A stretch of DNA of 63,862 nt, counting the filler, from Olpidium bornovanus S191 (lineage: Eukaryota; Fungi; Olpidiomycota), in assembly GCA_017911155.1 (NCBI GenBank). It is 30 parts of 30 records of this genome, joined end to end, with 100 filler letters (N's around TTAATTAATTAA, not from the genome) between each part and the next. Parts side by side here need not be neighbours in the genome. Positions count along the whole stretch, not along the records: positions 1 to 3,610 come from JAEFCI010006442.1; positions 3,711 to 5,190 come from JAEFCI010008840.1; positions 5,291 to 8,528 come from JAEFCI010006496.1; positions 8,629 to 10,623 come from JAEFCI010003008.1; positions 10,724 to 13,900 come from JAEFCI010002016.1; 25 more parts are not named here. One strand, 5' to 3'. The position numbers and the translations under genes are program-made. Of the stretch, positions 1 to 12,099 are shown piece by piece. Every line of letters begins with the position of its first letter. Within the stretch, counting starts at the first letter, position 1. Below the pieces are notes generated by a model. The model made no database searches. It worked only from the letters and a program-made list of their open reading frames with translations, and was not told where the DNA came from.

Positions 1-5
1 CCCCC

Positions 6-51
<46 letters not shown>

Positions 52-94
52 AAAGAAAAAACGCGCGTGTGAGAAAGCGAGGAAGAGGAACAGA

Positions 95-3000
95 ATGCCG
101 ACAACCCAGCAGGCGCGTGGCAGCCCAGACGGCGCGAACGGCGGAAGTGCTGCTGCGATCGACAGCAGGGGTGGTCCCGGCCCGGGCGAGCCGGCGCCGA
201 AGCGAGGCGTTGGCCAACGGCCGCACGCGGGAACTTCCGCTGCCGGCGACAGCGCGAGCGCCGAAAACCGGACGGCGCCGAGGTTGTCGCTGCTGCCCTC
301 GTCGCCGGAGAGGGACCCAGCCGCGCGGCCCCGGCCGTCCTCCGCGCCCGCCGCGTCGTCCTCTCGGCCGCAGTCCCCGCTCTGCCCGCCCGCGGCTAGC
401 CCGCCGGTATCCTGCGGCCCGACGTCGTCGCTGCACGCCGGGGCTCCTCACCATCCCACTATGACGCTTTTGAGGAAAGCTGGCCCCTCGACGCAGCTAT
501 CTGTAGTAACGCCCGCCAAACCGGAGTACTCTTCCAGCAGGACGCTCTCCGTGCAAAGCTTCAGCGAGCTCATGGACGGCTTGGACCTCAGCAACAGCGA
601 CGTGGGTTACTCGCGCCTTCAACTTTCGGCGGCCGCGCTGTTCAGCCCGGCGGACCACGAGCGGGACTCGACGTCGGAGGCTGCGGGCACGGCGCAGGAC
701 GTCGATATCGTCGGCCCGGGCGGCGACAGCGTTGGCGCCGTGTCAGGAGTCGTAGATGAGGTGCTCGTAGGCTTGTCTGACAGCCGACCCTCTGCTGCTC
801 GCAGAGACGGCAGCCAGAGCTCTGCGCGCCAGTCCGCCACCTCCAGTAGAATGTCCAGTGTGGTTACGCCGTCAGCATCGCCGGTCCGACCTGAGTCGAT
901 CGCGGTGGACTCGCCGCTTGTGCCCGACGAGGGAGGATCACCTAGGCGACACAGTGTGGTTGAAAGCAGTCCGCGACCGCATTCGGAAGAAGGTTGACGA
1001 TCAGATTGATAGCAATTTCACTTTTCTCGCCTAGCTTCATTGAACTGATTCAAATTCGCCCGGGGCAATACAGATCCAAACAGTTCACTTTGGCGGCAAC
1101 ACGAAAAGCACTTTTTCGTTTTAAGTAGTGCTGGAAAGCCGATATACACCAGGTACTGCGAAGTCTGGCCGCCCATACCGCTCAAGGTGCCCAGCCGTGG
1201 CTGACTTGCGGGCTATACCTGAATCGCAGATACGGTGACGAATCCAAGATATCCTCTCATATGGGCGTCGTTCAAGCGATTATTTCGTTCTTTGTAGACG
1301 AGGGCGACATGATACGGTAGGGCCGCGTTTCCCTGAAAGGCCTACTTGAGGACAGAGTTCTCGGAATTTGGCGAGCGGCTTATTTGTTCATAGGTGTATC
1401 AACGCTGGCGATCATAAGTTTGTTTTCCTCACAAGAGGTCATCTATATTTGGCCACAGTAGCAAGGACAGGCGAGACTGAGATGCAGGTAACGGCTTTAA
1501 GGCTATGAGATTGTTTGCGCTGTCAACGGGACCTTAAATTAACAATGCAGTTCGGGGCTGCCGTGCTCCGAGTCTTCCGCTTCAGCTCATAGACCAACTG
1601 CTTTACCTCTACAACGCCATTATTTCAATCCTCACATTGTCCCAGCTAACCCGCATTTTCGAGCGGCATGGAAACTTTGACCTCCGAAGACTGCTCGGAG
1701 GTGAGTAGCAAGGTTCCTAGAGTGCGCCATTCTCATGATGACTTGCTACAAGATTCATATCGTCTTCGGGTTCAGGCACGGAGACCTTCATAGACAGCAT
1801 TTGCGATGCTCTGGATGATGATCCAGCTTACCTACTGGGTGCCATGCGATGTTTAAGAATGCCGAAAGAGCTCAGGACCGCGATCGGAGAAAGCCTGCTC
1901 GCGGCAAAATGCAAGGTACATAAACTCGCCTTCACTGATGCTTCTGTGCGTGTTGCTTTTAGTTGCATTGTCCTCGCGACGTGTCTGACCTCAGCAAACC
2001 TCAATATCATGCAGAGCCTCCTGTACGGGATGCTGATAGCGAAGACGAAGCTCATTACCCTGGTGCGTCCGAAGAAGCACAGCCTCCACCCTTCCGGTGT
2101 GTATTCATTGTCGGAGGCTTAGGAGCGCCAATCGCCGTCCTTGATGGTTTAACCGTGCACCACCCCTTTTTGCAAAACACTTCATCATTAAAAAGATCTC
2201 CACCTGCTCTTCAACATGGTGGCTGTGTCTTCGGCTTTTAAGACTGGCGGCGAGTACTGGACGCCGATATGCCTGCCAAGGTTCAATTCTAAGGGCTTCC
2301 TCCACGCTTACGTCTGCTATATCCTCCCGGACGTGTGTCTACTGCTGCTGACGCCGGATAAAGACGCATTCTTCGACTTGTCTGCCTGCAAGGATATGTT
2401 TCTCGAGGTTATTCGACGGCATGCGGTTGGACCTTGTTCTTCGGCTCATAACGGGCTGGTTTGCCTGGGAACTGAAACAGGTTCCATGGAAATTTCGCTT
2501 TAAAGAACATGGCAGCAGCGGGCTCGATGACTAGACTCGGTGATGCCTTGGACGATTCGGACTATACCATTGGTAATTTTTTGGACGGTTCTAGCTTTGG
2601 TACCGGCTGTTCACGGGATCTAGCATTGGTACCGGCTTTTCACGGTGCGGCTAACAGCCACTTAAAACCAGCCGAGATAGGCATCCCGGGGTTGCGACAC
2701 TTCCTTTACAAGTCGAAAAAGCATGTGCAGTATACATGCCCGCACTCGGAGGACGCGGAGGAGCGGCTGAGGTTCGTTTATGGAGAAAGCAGTAACGATG
2801 GAGGAAGGCGGCCACCCTGCCGACGTGCGCAGCTGACAGCATCATTTCGGGAACGCCCAACTTCCTGTCATCCCAGGCTTTACCGGCTATACCGGCAGGT
2901 GCACGGGGATATGCATTCCAGGGCGCTGCCCAGGTCGGTGTACCACCTGGTGACGCAGACGGAGGCGGTGCTTGGACTTGTGAGCCTTCGCGAATTTCTA

Positions 3001-3262
3001 TATTTTTCGCTCAAGCTGCTTTTTGCCTGGTGCACTCCGGTGTACGGCCGTCTTGGCACGTTCCGCTTTATGCACGCCGATTCCTGACGCCCGCGGTATT
3101 CGTCACTTTCGCACATAGGCCGCTACGGGACTCGAATTATACGCCACATTCGCGCCGCACATGTCCAAGGCCAGCATTAACGCCGCTTCCCTGTCGCTAG
3201 TGAAGTGGGTTCGGCGGGAGGGAGACCGGCTTTTCCTATCAAACTCGCCAGTATTTGGATGA
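95..3262 (+). CDS. MON1: Vacuolar fusion protein Mon1 (Rab7/Ypt7 GEF subunit), multi-exon, probably complete
   Basis: Spliced exons give [95 protein letters not shown] and LELYATF...KWVRREGDRLFL; stop TGA at 3260-3262. Exon 1 (95-~991) joins in frame through GAAG|gttgac...tacag|ATCCA. Confidence 0.93.
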
Positions 3263-3839
3263 GGAATGGACTAGACACCCTAGTTATGTGCCGGAAAGAT
3301 AGCACGGTTACAGTGACAAATGTTTCTGGCCTGGGCCCAAGGGCATCGTCATTAATCGACAAACGTTTTTTTTTATTTGCTACATGTGTTGCGGGGTGGT
3401 CAGGGAGCGGGCCGCCGCAACCTTACTTTTCGCTGCCATGTCAAGAGAATACCGGATGCGGAATTCTTCGCCCGCGCATGCCAATGTTGCATGGAAGCCT
3501 GCGCGCCAAAAACGAAATGAGACGGCGTTTTTCATCACGTCCCGGAAAAAATGTAGATTCTTCCCGCGGCGCCGTTGACGGTATGCAGTAATGGCGATCG
3601 TGCGATTTAGNNNNNNNNNNNNNNNNNNNNNNNNNNNNNNNNNNNNNNNNNNNNTTAATTAATTAANNNNNNNNNNNNNNNNNNNNNNNNNNNNNNNNNN
3701 NNNNNNNNNNCATGATGTGCACAGGTACCAAGGTATGCATCTTTTAGTCCCCACTAAACAATAGGCACCGCTCCAGCCAAAAAGGGAAATGAAACAAAAA
3801 GGAAGGCAGCCAGGAAACCAAAACGCGCGGAATTGAGAC

Positions 3840-5160
3840 TCACCGGCGCTCTGCGTGGTACAGAACGACGTAATCAGAAATTTGGGAGTTCTCGTGGGCC
3901 AATAGCTCGTTGATATGCAACTCGTGAGCCAGTTTTCGGTTCAGCTCGCGGCCAACCTCCTCGGCCGCAGCGAGCGACCGTCGCAGCTCTTCGACTTCCT
4001 TGGCAACCGGGTCGTGCCGCTCGCTGCCTCCCATTGCCGGCTCCAGAGACGACGTCAGAGACATTTGGGCTGCTGTGCCGCTCCGTTCAGAAAACAGTGG
4101 TTTTCCATCATCTTCCGGGGTAACCACGCCCGAAGTCGCAAACTCCTCTGACTTCCGCCGCGCGGTGCCCGGACTGGCGACATCAGCCGCACTTAAACGT
4201 GGTCGTCCGGTATCGTTGGCAAAAGACGGCGGCGACGACAACGCTTTGAACTTGCGATTCCTCGAGATCCTAAATGCCTCATAGAGCTGTTGGGCGTTCC
4301 GCTCAAGCAGCGATTTTATCATTCCTTCCTGTCGTCAAGAATCTCAGCGAACAAAAATTTTACGCCAGTCAGGCGTGCAGGCAGACAAGCACGTATACGG
4401 CAAGAACTAACCTTTATCCGAAGACTGCTCCGAAGCTCCTGAACTTCGTGGAACGCGGCGCTTGCGTCATTCTCCATTTTTTCGTACAACACGCGGGACT
4501 CCTTCTCAATCCGGAACCTCTCCTCCAGGGATCGCTCGAGGAATGCGACCTTGTTCGCCATTTCCTCGATTCTTCGCTCAAGCTTTGCCACGCGTTCCTG
4601 CATCGCGAGTGGCAACGCGTTTGTCAGCCGCGAGCGTCCTTTTCTGGCCTTCGCATTCCTGCAAAGCACATCGTTACTTTATCCAATTCCGGATGAGCCG
4701 GTATGCCGTTCGGCGGACCGGACGTTCTTCGATAGCTGTCTGCCACCTCCTCGTTAGTCGACCGCAAGTCAGCAATGACTTGTTCGTGGTTAGACAACCC
4801 GTCGATTCTGTGCTCCACCTGTGTCCCCGGAACCGTACTCCGCGGCGGCAAAGCCGCTGTTGATCGCACGACCGCAAATGAAGCCGGATGTTGCGAATCC
4901 GAGGCACCCATCCGCTCGCGGCCTTGGTCGGCAGAAATCGCATTTGCCTTTAGCACGTCGCCTGTAGACACAGATACAGCACCGCCGCCCGAAGAGTGCT
5001 GCCGAGCCGCCGACGGCTGTTGCGGCGGTGGAGAAAGGGGGTCCACGAACGATACAGCTCGCCGTGTTTCCATGACGGCCTCAGCCGAAACCAACGTACG
5101 GCCGCCATCATCTTGAACAAACTTAGCCTCTGGCAAAGACGGGGCCGATAGCCGGCGCAA
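3840..5160 (-). CDS. Coiled-coil protein fragment, possibly golgin-like
   Basis: Heptad-rich exons (MQERVAKLERRIEEMANKVAFLERSLEER; VEELRRSLAAAEEVGRELNRKL). The segment ENSQISDYVVLYHAERR resembles the golgin/GM130 C-terminal IGEYIALYQSQR motif; the family call is weak. Confidence 0.4.
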
Positions 5161-7563
5161 GTCACGGCTGCGGACGTTCGAATTATAAGGNNNNNNNNNN
5201 NNNNNNNNNNNNNNNNNNNNNNNNNNNNNNNNNNTTAATTAATTAANNNNNNNNNNNNNNNNNNNNNNNNNNNNNNNNNNNNNNNNNNNNCTGACAGTGG
5301 TCTTGGAGCACTTCTGAAGCTCTTGAAGAAGCGTTTAAATTGAGCCAAGAAGCGGCTCGATGTATATTATCTGAAATGACTGAATTTGAATCCTATATAC
5401 ATATACGTTCTATAATATGCTCGAGCCCATTGAGTGAGCCTCGCCCCCTCAGAGATCGCGCCTGGGTCACTTGTTACACCTTGGTGAGCTTTGCTTGGAA
5501 TACCACTTACTCGATGCAGAGTAAAGTATAAACTAGGCATAGATATATTTTATAAGTATAATATTTAATGGTGTATGAATTGAACATACCTAGGTATTAA
5601 ACCTTAGGTGAGAGTCAGTTTAATAGACCAGATCTTATTATATTATATATTAGTAGTATAATGGTGAATAGGTGTACAAGTCAGGCTATTAGTGTAATGT
5701 CTACAACTCAGGTACTCTTTTAGGTTTAAATATTTAGGTATGGTTCAAACCTAATTCTCAGAGATAACAACAGGATTCCCCTAATACTCGGCTTCGACGG
5801 GTTCCTTTATATTTTCTCATGCTAGCTTAGTTATTCAATCCAGATAAAGCAAATTAATTCCGACCCAGAGCTATGATAAATTCTGAGGCAGATTCGGATT
5901 TGGAATCTGACAGTTTCCTACTCAGAATTGGAACCAGTGCCAAAGATTCTGACATAGAAGATAGCTCGAAATTCCACGCAGGCCTGACGCACAATCTCAT
6001 GCAAGGTGAGACGCAGACTCGGACGCAGTATCCAGTAGCCCCTTCCGTCCTAGTCCCTGCGCTTTCCAACCCGCGCAGATAATCTTTTTCTCCATTCTTG
6101 ATGGCGCGGTGGCGGCCGGCCCGTCAATTTTTTTTTCTCTCTTTCGCCAGCCATGTCGGGGCTGAGAGGCATCACCCTCATTTTTCTCCCGGTAAGTCTG
6201 ACGGGACTCGCGTGGGCGCACGCGGGGGTTTGGTGCAGATCCGGCGGTCACGGTGGCCTTCCCGCGAAAACGTGATTTTCTCAAGCATTGACGACGACGA
6301 CGGTGGGCGCCGAAGATGAGCAAGAGCAACTCTTGATTCGCGCCGCCTCCCGACGCCGCCACCTTCTTCCCCCGCTGCGGCTTGATGGCTCATCATCATG
6401 CCTAAAGCCCGCTTAATTTCCGTCATGTCTCGTCGCGCGGCCTCAGCACCGGGCCAGCCTGCGTTTCAGAGTGCCGCATCTAAGTTTTGAGGGAAAACAG
6501 GGGGCGCCCCCAAAAAAAAACAAAAACGAAAATAACAAAAACGAAAAAATAAAACAAAAATGAAAAGAAAAAAAAAACATGCGCCGCAGCCGTCGACGTC
6601 TCCCGCGGCCCGCCCGCGCGCGCTCCGCTCTAACGGTCGTCCTTTCGTTCTCGGAAGTAAAAGAACCGGCCTTCTTTTTTGCCAACCCTAACTGAAACGG
6701 GACAGTTTCTTCAGAGAAGGCCCCTGCCGCGCTGCCAGACCCAAGGCTACCGCTCGCGGTTCTCCGCCCGGAACGCCGGCGCCGTCTGAGGGGCGCGCCG
6801 GTTCCCGCCAAGAAAAACGACCGACGAGGGGAGGCGCGCGGCGCTTTTCCCCCGATCCGGAGACGAGCGAGCGCAAGGCAAAGAAAGCGTCTCTGGCGGA
6901 AGAGGAAGCGCGCGCGCGCCAAAAAGAAAAAGAAAATGGCGGGCGCGGCCGTTTAAACCCCCCTCATCCGTCCTTCTCCCGGAATATGAAAGGCGCCGCT
7001 TTCTCCCCTCCCGCGAGCCCTGCTCTCTCCCGCTCGCTTTGGCACCCAAAAAGCGTACTGCAGAACAAAAAGAAAAACACACAGAAAGTACGTGAAAGGA
7101 CCGAAGAGAGCGGACCCCCTGCTCCATAAGAAACACTGCCCCAAACATGGCCAAGGCCGCCCTCTCCTACACGAGCAAATGGTCGTGCTCACGAGAGCGG
7201 CCCACCGCAAGCTCGGGCTGCGGCCCGTGCCGCGCTGCGACAATCCGGGGATGCCCTCCCAGGGTAAGTTTGGCCGCTCGCGGCGCGCGTCTTTTTCCTT
7301 TTTCTCCCTATTTTTTTTTCCTTCTCGGCGCGCCGGCGGGTTTGCGACGCGCTTTTTTCCTTTCTTTTCAAAATTTCCCTTTCCGCGGCGAGCTGGCGGG
7401 TCCGTTTTAACGCGTAAAGAGGAACCTCGCCGGTCGCGATCAGACGCGCGTCGACCGAGAACGTCAACGGTCGCCTTGACCGGTCGTTCCTAACTCTCTC
7501 TCTCTTTCCCTCTCCCTCCCCAACCCGAACGTTCAGTTTGCCCTCGAGAGAACCAGCAACCCT

Positions 7564-7630
7564 GGACGCCGCCTCTTGCACGCCGCCTCTTGCACGCCGC
7601 CTCGAGCACGACCGCCTCTTGCACGAAGCC
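7564..7630 (+). repeat. 14-bp tandem repeat (GCACGCCGCCTCTT), ~5 imperfect copies
   Basis: Read directly: ggacgccgcctctt gcacgccgcctctt gcacgccgcctcga gcacgaccgcctctt gcacgaagcc. Confidence 0.8.
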
Positions 7631-8628
7631 TTCCCGCCCGAGCCTTTCCGGTTGCGGGTCGACGCGTCAACCGCCGCCGAAGGGCCTGGGTGGCCGAGGA
7701 ATAGCCGCCCCAACCGCTGACCCCGCCCGCGGTGTTCCGCTGGAAGGGCAAGCACAGAGACGATGTCCCGTGCGCGTCCTGTGCCGCCCAGGAGCCGCGA
7801 ACACGTGGAGGCCGCGAGGGCGCGTTACCTGGCCCGCCCCGAGGCCGCGCCGAAGGGTCCGGCAGTTTGCGCTCCGGAGTGCCCCATACTCCGGGGCCTG
7901 CGGATGGCTACCGACACCGAGGAGGACCAGATTCAGATTGCGCTGGAGCTTTTGCGCATCGAGGTCGCCCAGGGGGGTCCGGCAGAGCGCGTTCCGCAGC
8001 GGCCCATCCTCCGGAGCCCTCTGTCGGTTCCCAACGCTAATGACGCTCAGCTCCGGCTCGCGCCGGAACTCTCGTGCATCAAGGTCCACGCCGATGACGA
8101 GCGGCCCCGGGTGCTCGCTTCGCTTGATCCTGAGCGAAGCCGCCATCCTGGAGGACTTTCCTCTTGGGAAAATCTACCAGAACAGCTTCGGTTAAGAGCC
8201 GGGGGGTGTTTGGATTATAATAAGTGAAAGGTAAGATGTGCTTAATTATTTGTTTTTTTTGGATGAAAATTTAAGCTAAGTGAAAAGCGTCCTTTTTCTT
8301 TTGTTCTGTTGTGGTATGTTTGCGTGGGAATTTACCGTCACGATGTCTGAGCCGAAATTCAGTAGGACCCAAGCCTTTATACAATTCGGAAAAGAATTGA
8401 TTTCCGGCATGCGTCCGAATAGGGAAATCTCCGGACTCTAGCTCCACCTCCGCGATAAGTCCACTAATGACCGTTGGTTTTATTAATTAGGTCATCCTAA
8501 TTGATATTCCACGTTGTGGAGGTAGTTCNNNNNNNNNNNNNNNNNNNNNNNNNNNNNNNNNNNNNNNNNNNNTTAATTAATTAANNNNNNNNNNNNNNNN
8601 NNNNNNNNNNNNNNNNNNNNNNNNNNNN

Positions 8629-9109
8629 CATGTCATCTTTCTTCGAGCGGATCGACGCGGTACTGGCGCAGCAGAAAATGCCGCCCGAGTACGACGACCA
8701 CGTATCTGAGATCCTATGCAATGACTGCGAGCGGAGCTCGAGAGCCAAATACAACTTCCTGTACCACAAGTGCGCTTACTGTGCGTCGTACAACACCAAG
8801 GTTCTGAGGACACTGAAACCCGGTGACGTTGACCAGGATGCGGAGGGCGGGAGGACATCTGAGATTCCCGGCTCGCTCTCTTCGGTAGCTGCGGCGCGGC
8901 CGCCAAGCTGGACGCCCACGGACGGCGACACGGCGGCCGACCAAGTTGCAGCCCTTGCGTTGGACAACCCGGAAAATCTGCCGACCGGCAACGGGGAGGT
9001 TGCCCATCGTCGGACCTCATCTTCATTGTCTCCTTACGGCTCTGAATTGATCTTAAGGTCGACGCTCGTTCCTGCAACGCTCGCTGCTGCCAACCCGGGG
9101 TTGGAATAG
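8629..9109 (+). CDS. RCHY1: RING/CHY zinc finger protein (Pirh2/RCHY1 family), C-terminal zinc-ribbon exon, 5' partial
   Basis: MPPEYDDHVSEILCNDCERSSRAKYNFLYHKCAYCASYNT matches the RCHY1 C-terminal zinc ribbon (MPxEY...ILCNDC...HKCxxCxSYNT). Confidence 0.9.
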
Positions 9110-9451
9110 CTCCTTTTCTGGCGAGGCTGTTGCTGGAATTTACGCCCCGGAGTGTGTCCCGTCGGCCAGCTCCAAGACCCGCACCTTGGCAGCGCGTACC
9201 GCCTATCGATCTCCTAACCCGCGACCATCGGGTGATGCTGTCAATGTATTATCCAGGAATAGTGAGAGTAATCATCTGAGGACCTCTACAAGCACGAGAT
9301 TGAATATGGCGCAATGGCTTGGCGGTCGAGGATATTGAGTCGTCAGAGGTACAAATGCGGCATATCTGGGCTTTCCACAGTGCTCAGTTTTGAGTACTAC
9401 GACCACCATTTGTCGACCATCTGGCGTCCTGTGATCCTCGCGTCCCGGGAA

Positions 9452-9482
<31 letters not shown>

Positions 9483-10567
9483 CGGGGGGGGGGGGGGGGG
9501 GGGGGGGGGGAGGGGTGTGAACGTAGCAAATGCCCAATTATGTAGAATGAAGAATAGAAGTTCTCTCCAGCACACTTAGGGCGCTTAGGACGCCACATTT
9601 TCACGCGGAAATAAATTATGAAGTTTCAAAACGGAGAAATGTTGGGAAAACATACAAGCAAAGAAGAACACTTTCTCGGAAGATCTTTCAATTTGTCCTA
9701 CGCGTCCTCAGCGTTCTCGATTCGACAAAACATTCAAAAACGCGGTGCCCACAATGTCAACAGAAGGCGGCCGAGTTGCGCAACGTGTAACCTGCCTTTA
9801 CCGGAGTGTAACAAACGGGTTTCGGACAGGTGGTCACATGTACGCGACATAACATATTCGCGCGAGACGCGCGAAATCACGTGACCCGCACGTCAACAGT
9901 TGGTGACCGGGTGTTCTCCAGGACCTGCCACGCGAGCGCCGGGAGCGTTACCGTCGACGCACGTCCCCGGCCGTAAGGGGGGTGTGCCCCAGCTGCCGCC
10001 CCTGACCGCGGGGCCGCGTGCCCACGTGCGTTCGCGGGCCCCTTTAGCGCCCGGCGTCATGCTGCGCACCCGTCGTGCCGGCCAGCTGTCACCCCCCCCC
10101 CCCCTTCCCACGGCCGCACTTTGACCACGCGCGCGCTTGCGCAGGGGCCGGGGCCCTGCCACGGCGGGAAGGGCGAGGCGCGCGACGGGGGGGCCGGCCG
10201 GGGTCGCGCGCGACGCCTTTACGCTCGTCGAGACGACGACGTCTGACTCTGATTTTTTTTTTTTTTTTCCTTTTTTTTTTCTTCTTCTTCTTTCCAGGTC
10301 GAAAATGTGACGAAGGCGGGGGCCGGGGTGTGACGGCGGCGGATGTGTGGGGGGCGGGGCGGAAGGGGGCAAGTTGATTGTTCTCATGCGCTCCTTGTGC
10401 GATGGATGGATTTGATGTCACGGCCGGCGGTTTGCCGCACAAACGCAGCGATTTCGCTTTCACCCCCCACACACACACCACACACCCACACACACACTTT
10501 CCCCCCACCCAACAGCAAACTCTCTCACCAAACACTTTCTCTGCCCGCCACACTCCTCCCCCCCTCC

Positions 10568-10602
<35 letters not shown>

Positions 10603-10723
10603 CCCCGCGCGGGGGGCCCCCCCNNNNNNNNNNNNNNNNNNNNNNNNNNNNNNNNNNNNNNNNNNNNTTAATTAATTAANNNNNNNNNNNNNNNNNNNNN
10701 NNNNNNNNNNNNNNNNNNNNNNN

Positions 10724-11388
10724 CTTTGAGCATCTCCCCGGCGAGGAGGACAACAGTTGTGGTGCCATCTCCGACTTCCGCATCCTGCGACCGCGCGATG
10801 TCCACAAGTGTCTTGGCCGCCGGGTGGATGATTTCAAGGAGCTTGACAATGGTCGCCCCGTCGTTGAAGATCGTGACGTCTCTTATTGCAGAGCGGGTAA
10901 TGACTATGTAAGTCGTCACATTTTATGCAAATATAGTGGCGTCGTCAACGTAAGAAAAAGCAGCTTGCATCTCAGGATAGTTTCGGACGGACATATGCGG
11001 GTCACAAACTACCTAACTGTCCGAAATATACATGAGGTTCCTCCTAGCAGATATGCCCCAGGGACCGGCCGGCCAGATACAATCCAGTAGCCAGTTTGCC
11101 AGCAGGTGCCCACGCCGACGCACCGAGGCAGGCTCTGATATCTGCACGTGCTGCCTTCTAAACCCGACCACCGCTTCCGACGTCGCTGACCCTTCCGTCT
11201 GACATATTTGCACGACCTCGTTCGGTGTGCTTACCACGTTCTCCAACGAACAGTTTATCCATGCCTCGCGGACCTAGGGTGGTCCTGACGACGTCAGTGA
11301 TGGCCAGAAGGGAATCAATGTTGGACAACAGTTGGTTCTTGCCCTGGGAGGCGTCCGTCCTTTCCTTCAAGATGATTACTTGCGGTTG
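10724..11388 (-). CDS. CCT7: Chaperonin CCT subunit eta, N-terminal exons, 3' partial, possibly defective
   Basis: [22 protein letters not shown]...[13 protein letters not shown] and [42 protein letters not shown]. TDxSQG and [11 protein letters not shown] are eta-specific. See the finding on its splice acceptor. Confidence 0.88.
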
Positions 11389-12099
11389 CTGAGAGAATGG
11401 TCGCCAGAACGCCGGACGGTCAACGGAAAAAACGTCGACGGCGGCGATACTTGCCGCCCCGCTTCAGGCGCTCCCTTCCGTATTTCCGCTACGAGGGATG
11501 CCCCGCAAAAGAAAATTATGTAAAAACGCGGCATAAACTTTTTCCAGCAGAGCCGCGAACTCAACCTTTCCGCGTTTACGACGCGCCGACAGGTCCGCGC
11601 AGGTTGCCCCCGCGTGCACCAAGTCACGTCGCAGCTCTGCCCTGCGGCCCCCCCTGCCCGCTCCTCTCCTCTCCCACCTCCCGCCCCTTCCCCACGCGGC
11701 CCCGGTGTGCTCCGGCCGCCGCGAGCGCCGTTAACGTACAATCATGCCAGGCAGTCCGGGAGCCGTGCTTCCAGGCGCCATGTTCGGCGCAGAGACGCTC
11801 GCGACGACGACTCTGTTTCAAATCGTCAGCGCGGCTTTTGTGGTTCATTTGCGCCGGCGCTGGCACTGCCGGCCCCGGCCCAACTTCCGAGGTCACGTGA
11901 GGAGCCGTCGACGACGAGGACGCGGGAAAAAAAAGGAGGATCGGGCTGGAGATCTGTCCGGCCGTCTTTCGCGCTCGACCGTCACCCGCGTCTACCCGGA
12001 GCGTCTGCCGGTCGCGCCGTTTCCTCGCACGGGCATCACCGGGGGTCCTCGCATATCTTAGCAAAGCGCTTCCGGGGAAAAGAGACAGTCTCCGCAGAC

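Noticed and set aside
3655-3666. TTAATTAATTAA as a piggyBac target site or biological repeat
   Set aside because: It is always centred in exactly 88 Ns; it is a synthetic six-frame stop linker.
8111-8140. U6 snRNA 5' end (GTGCTCGCTTCG)
   Set aside because: Similarity stops after 12 nt, and no ACAGAGA box follows.
11389-12099. RFX X-box upstream of the ciliary genes (also checked 50330-50553)
   Set aside because: I found no convincing GTNRCC-N0-3-RGYAAC dyad by eye.
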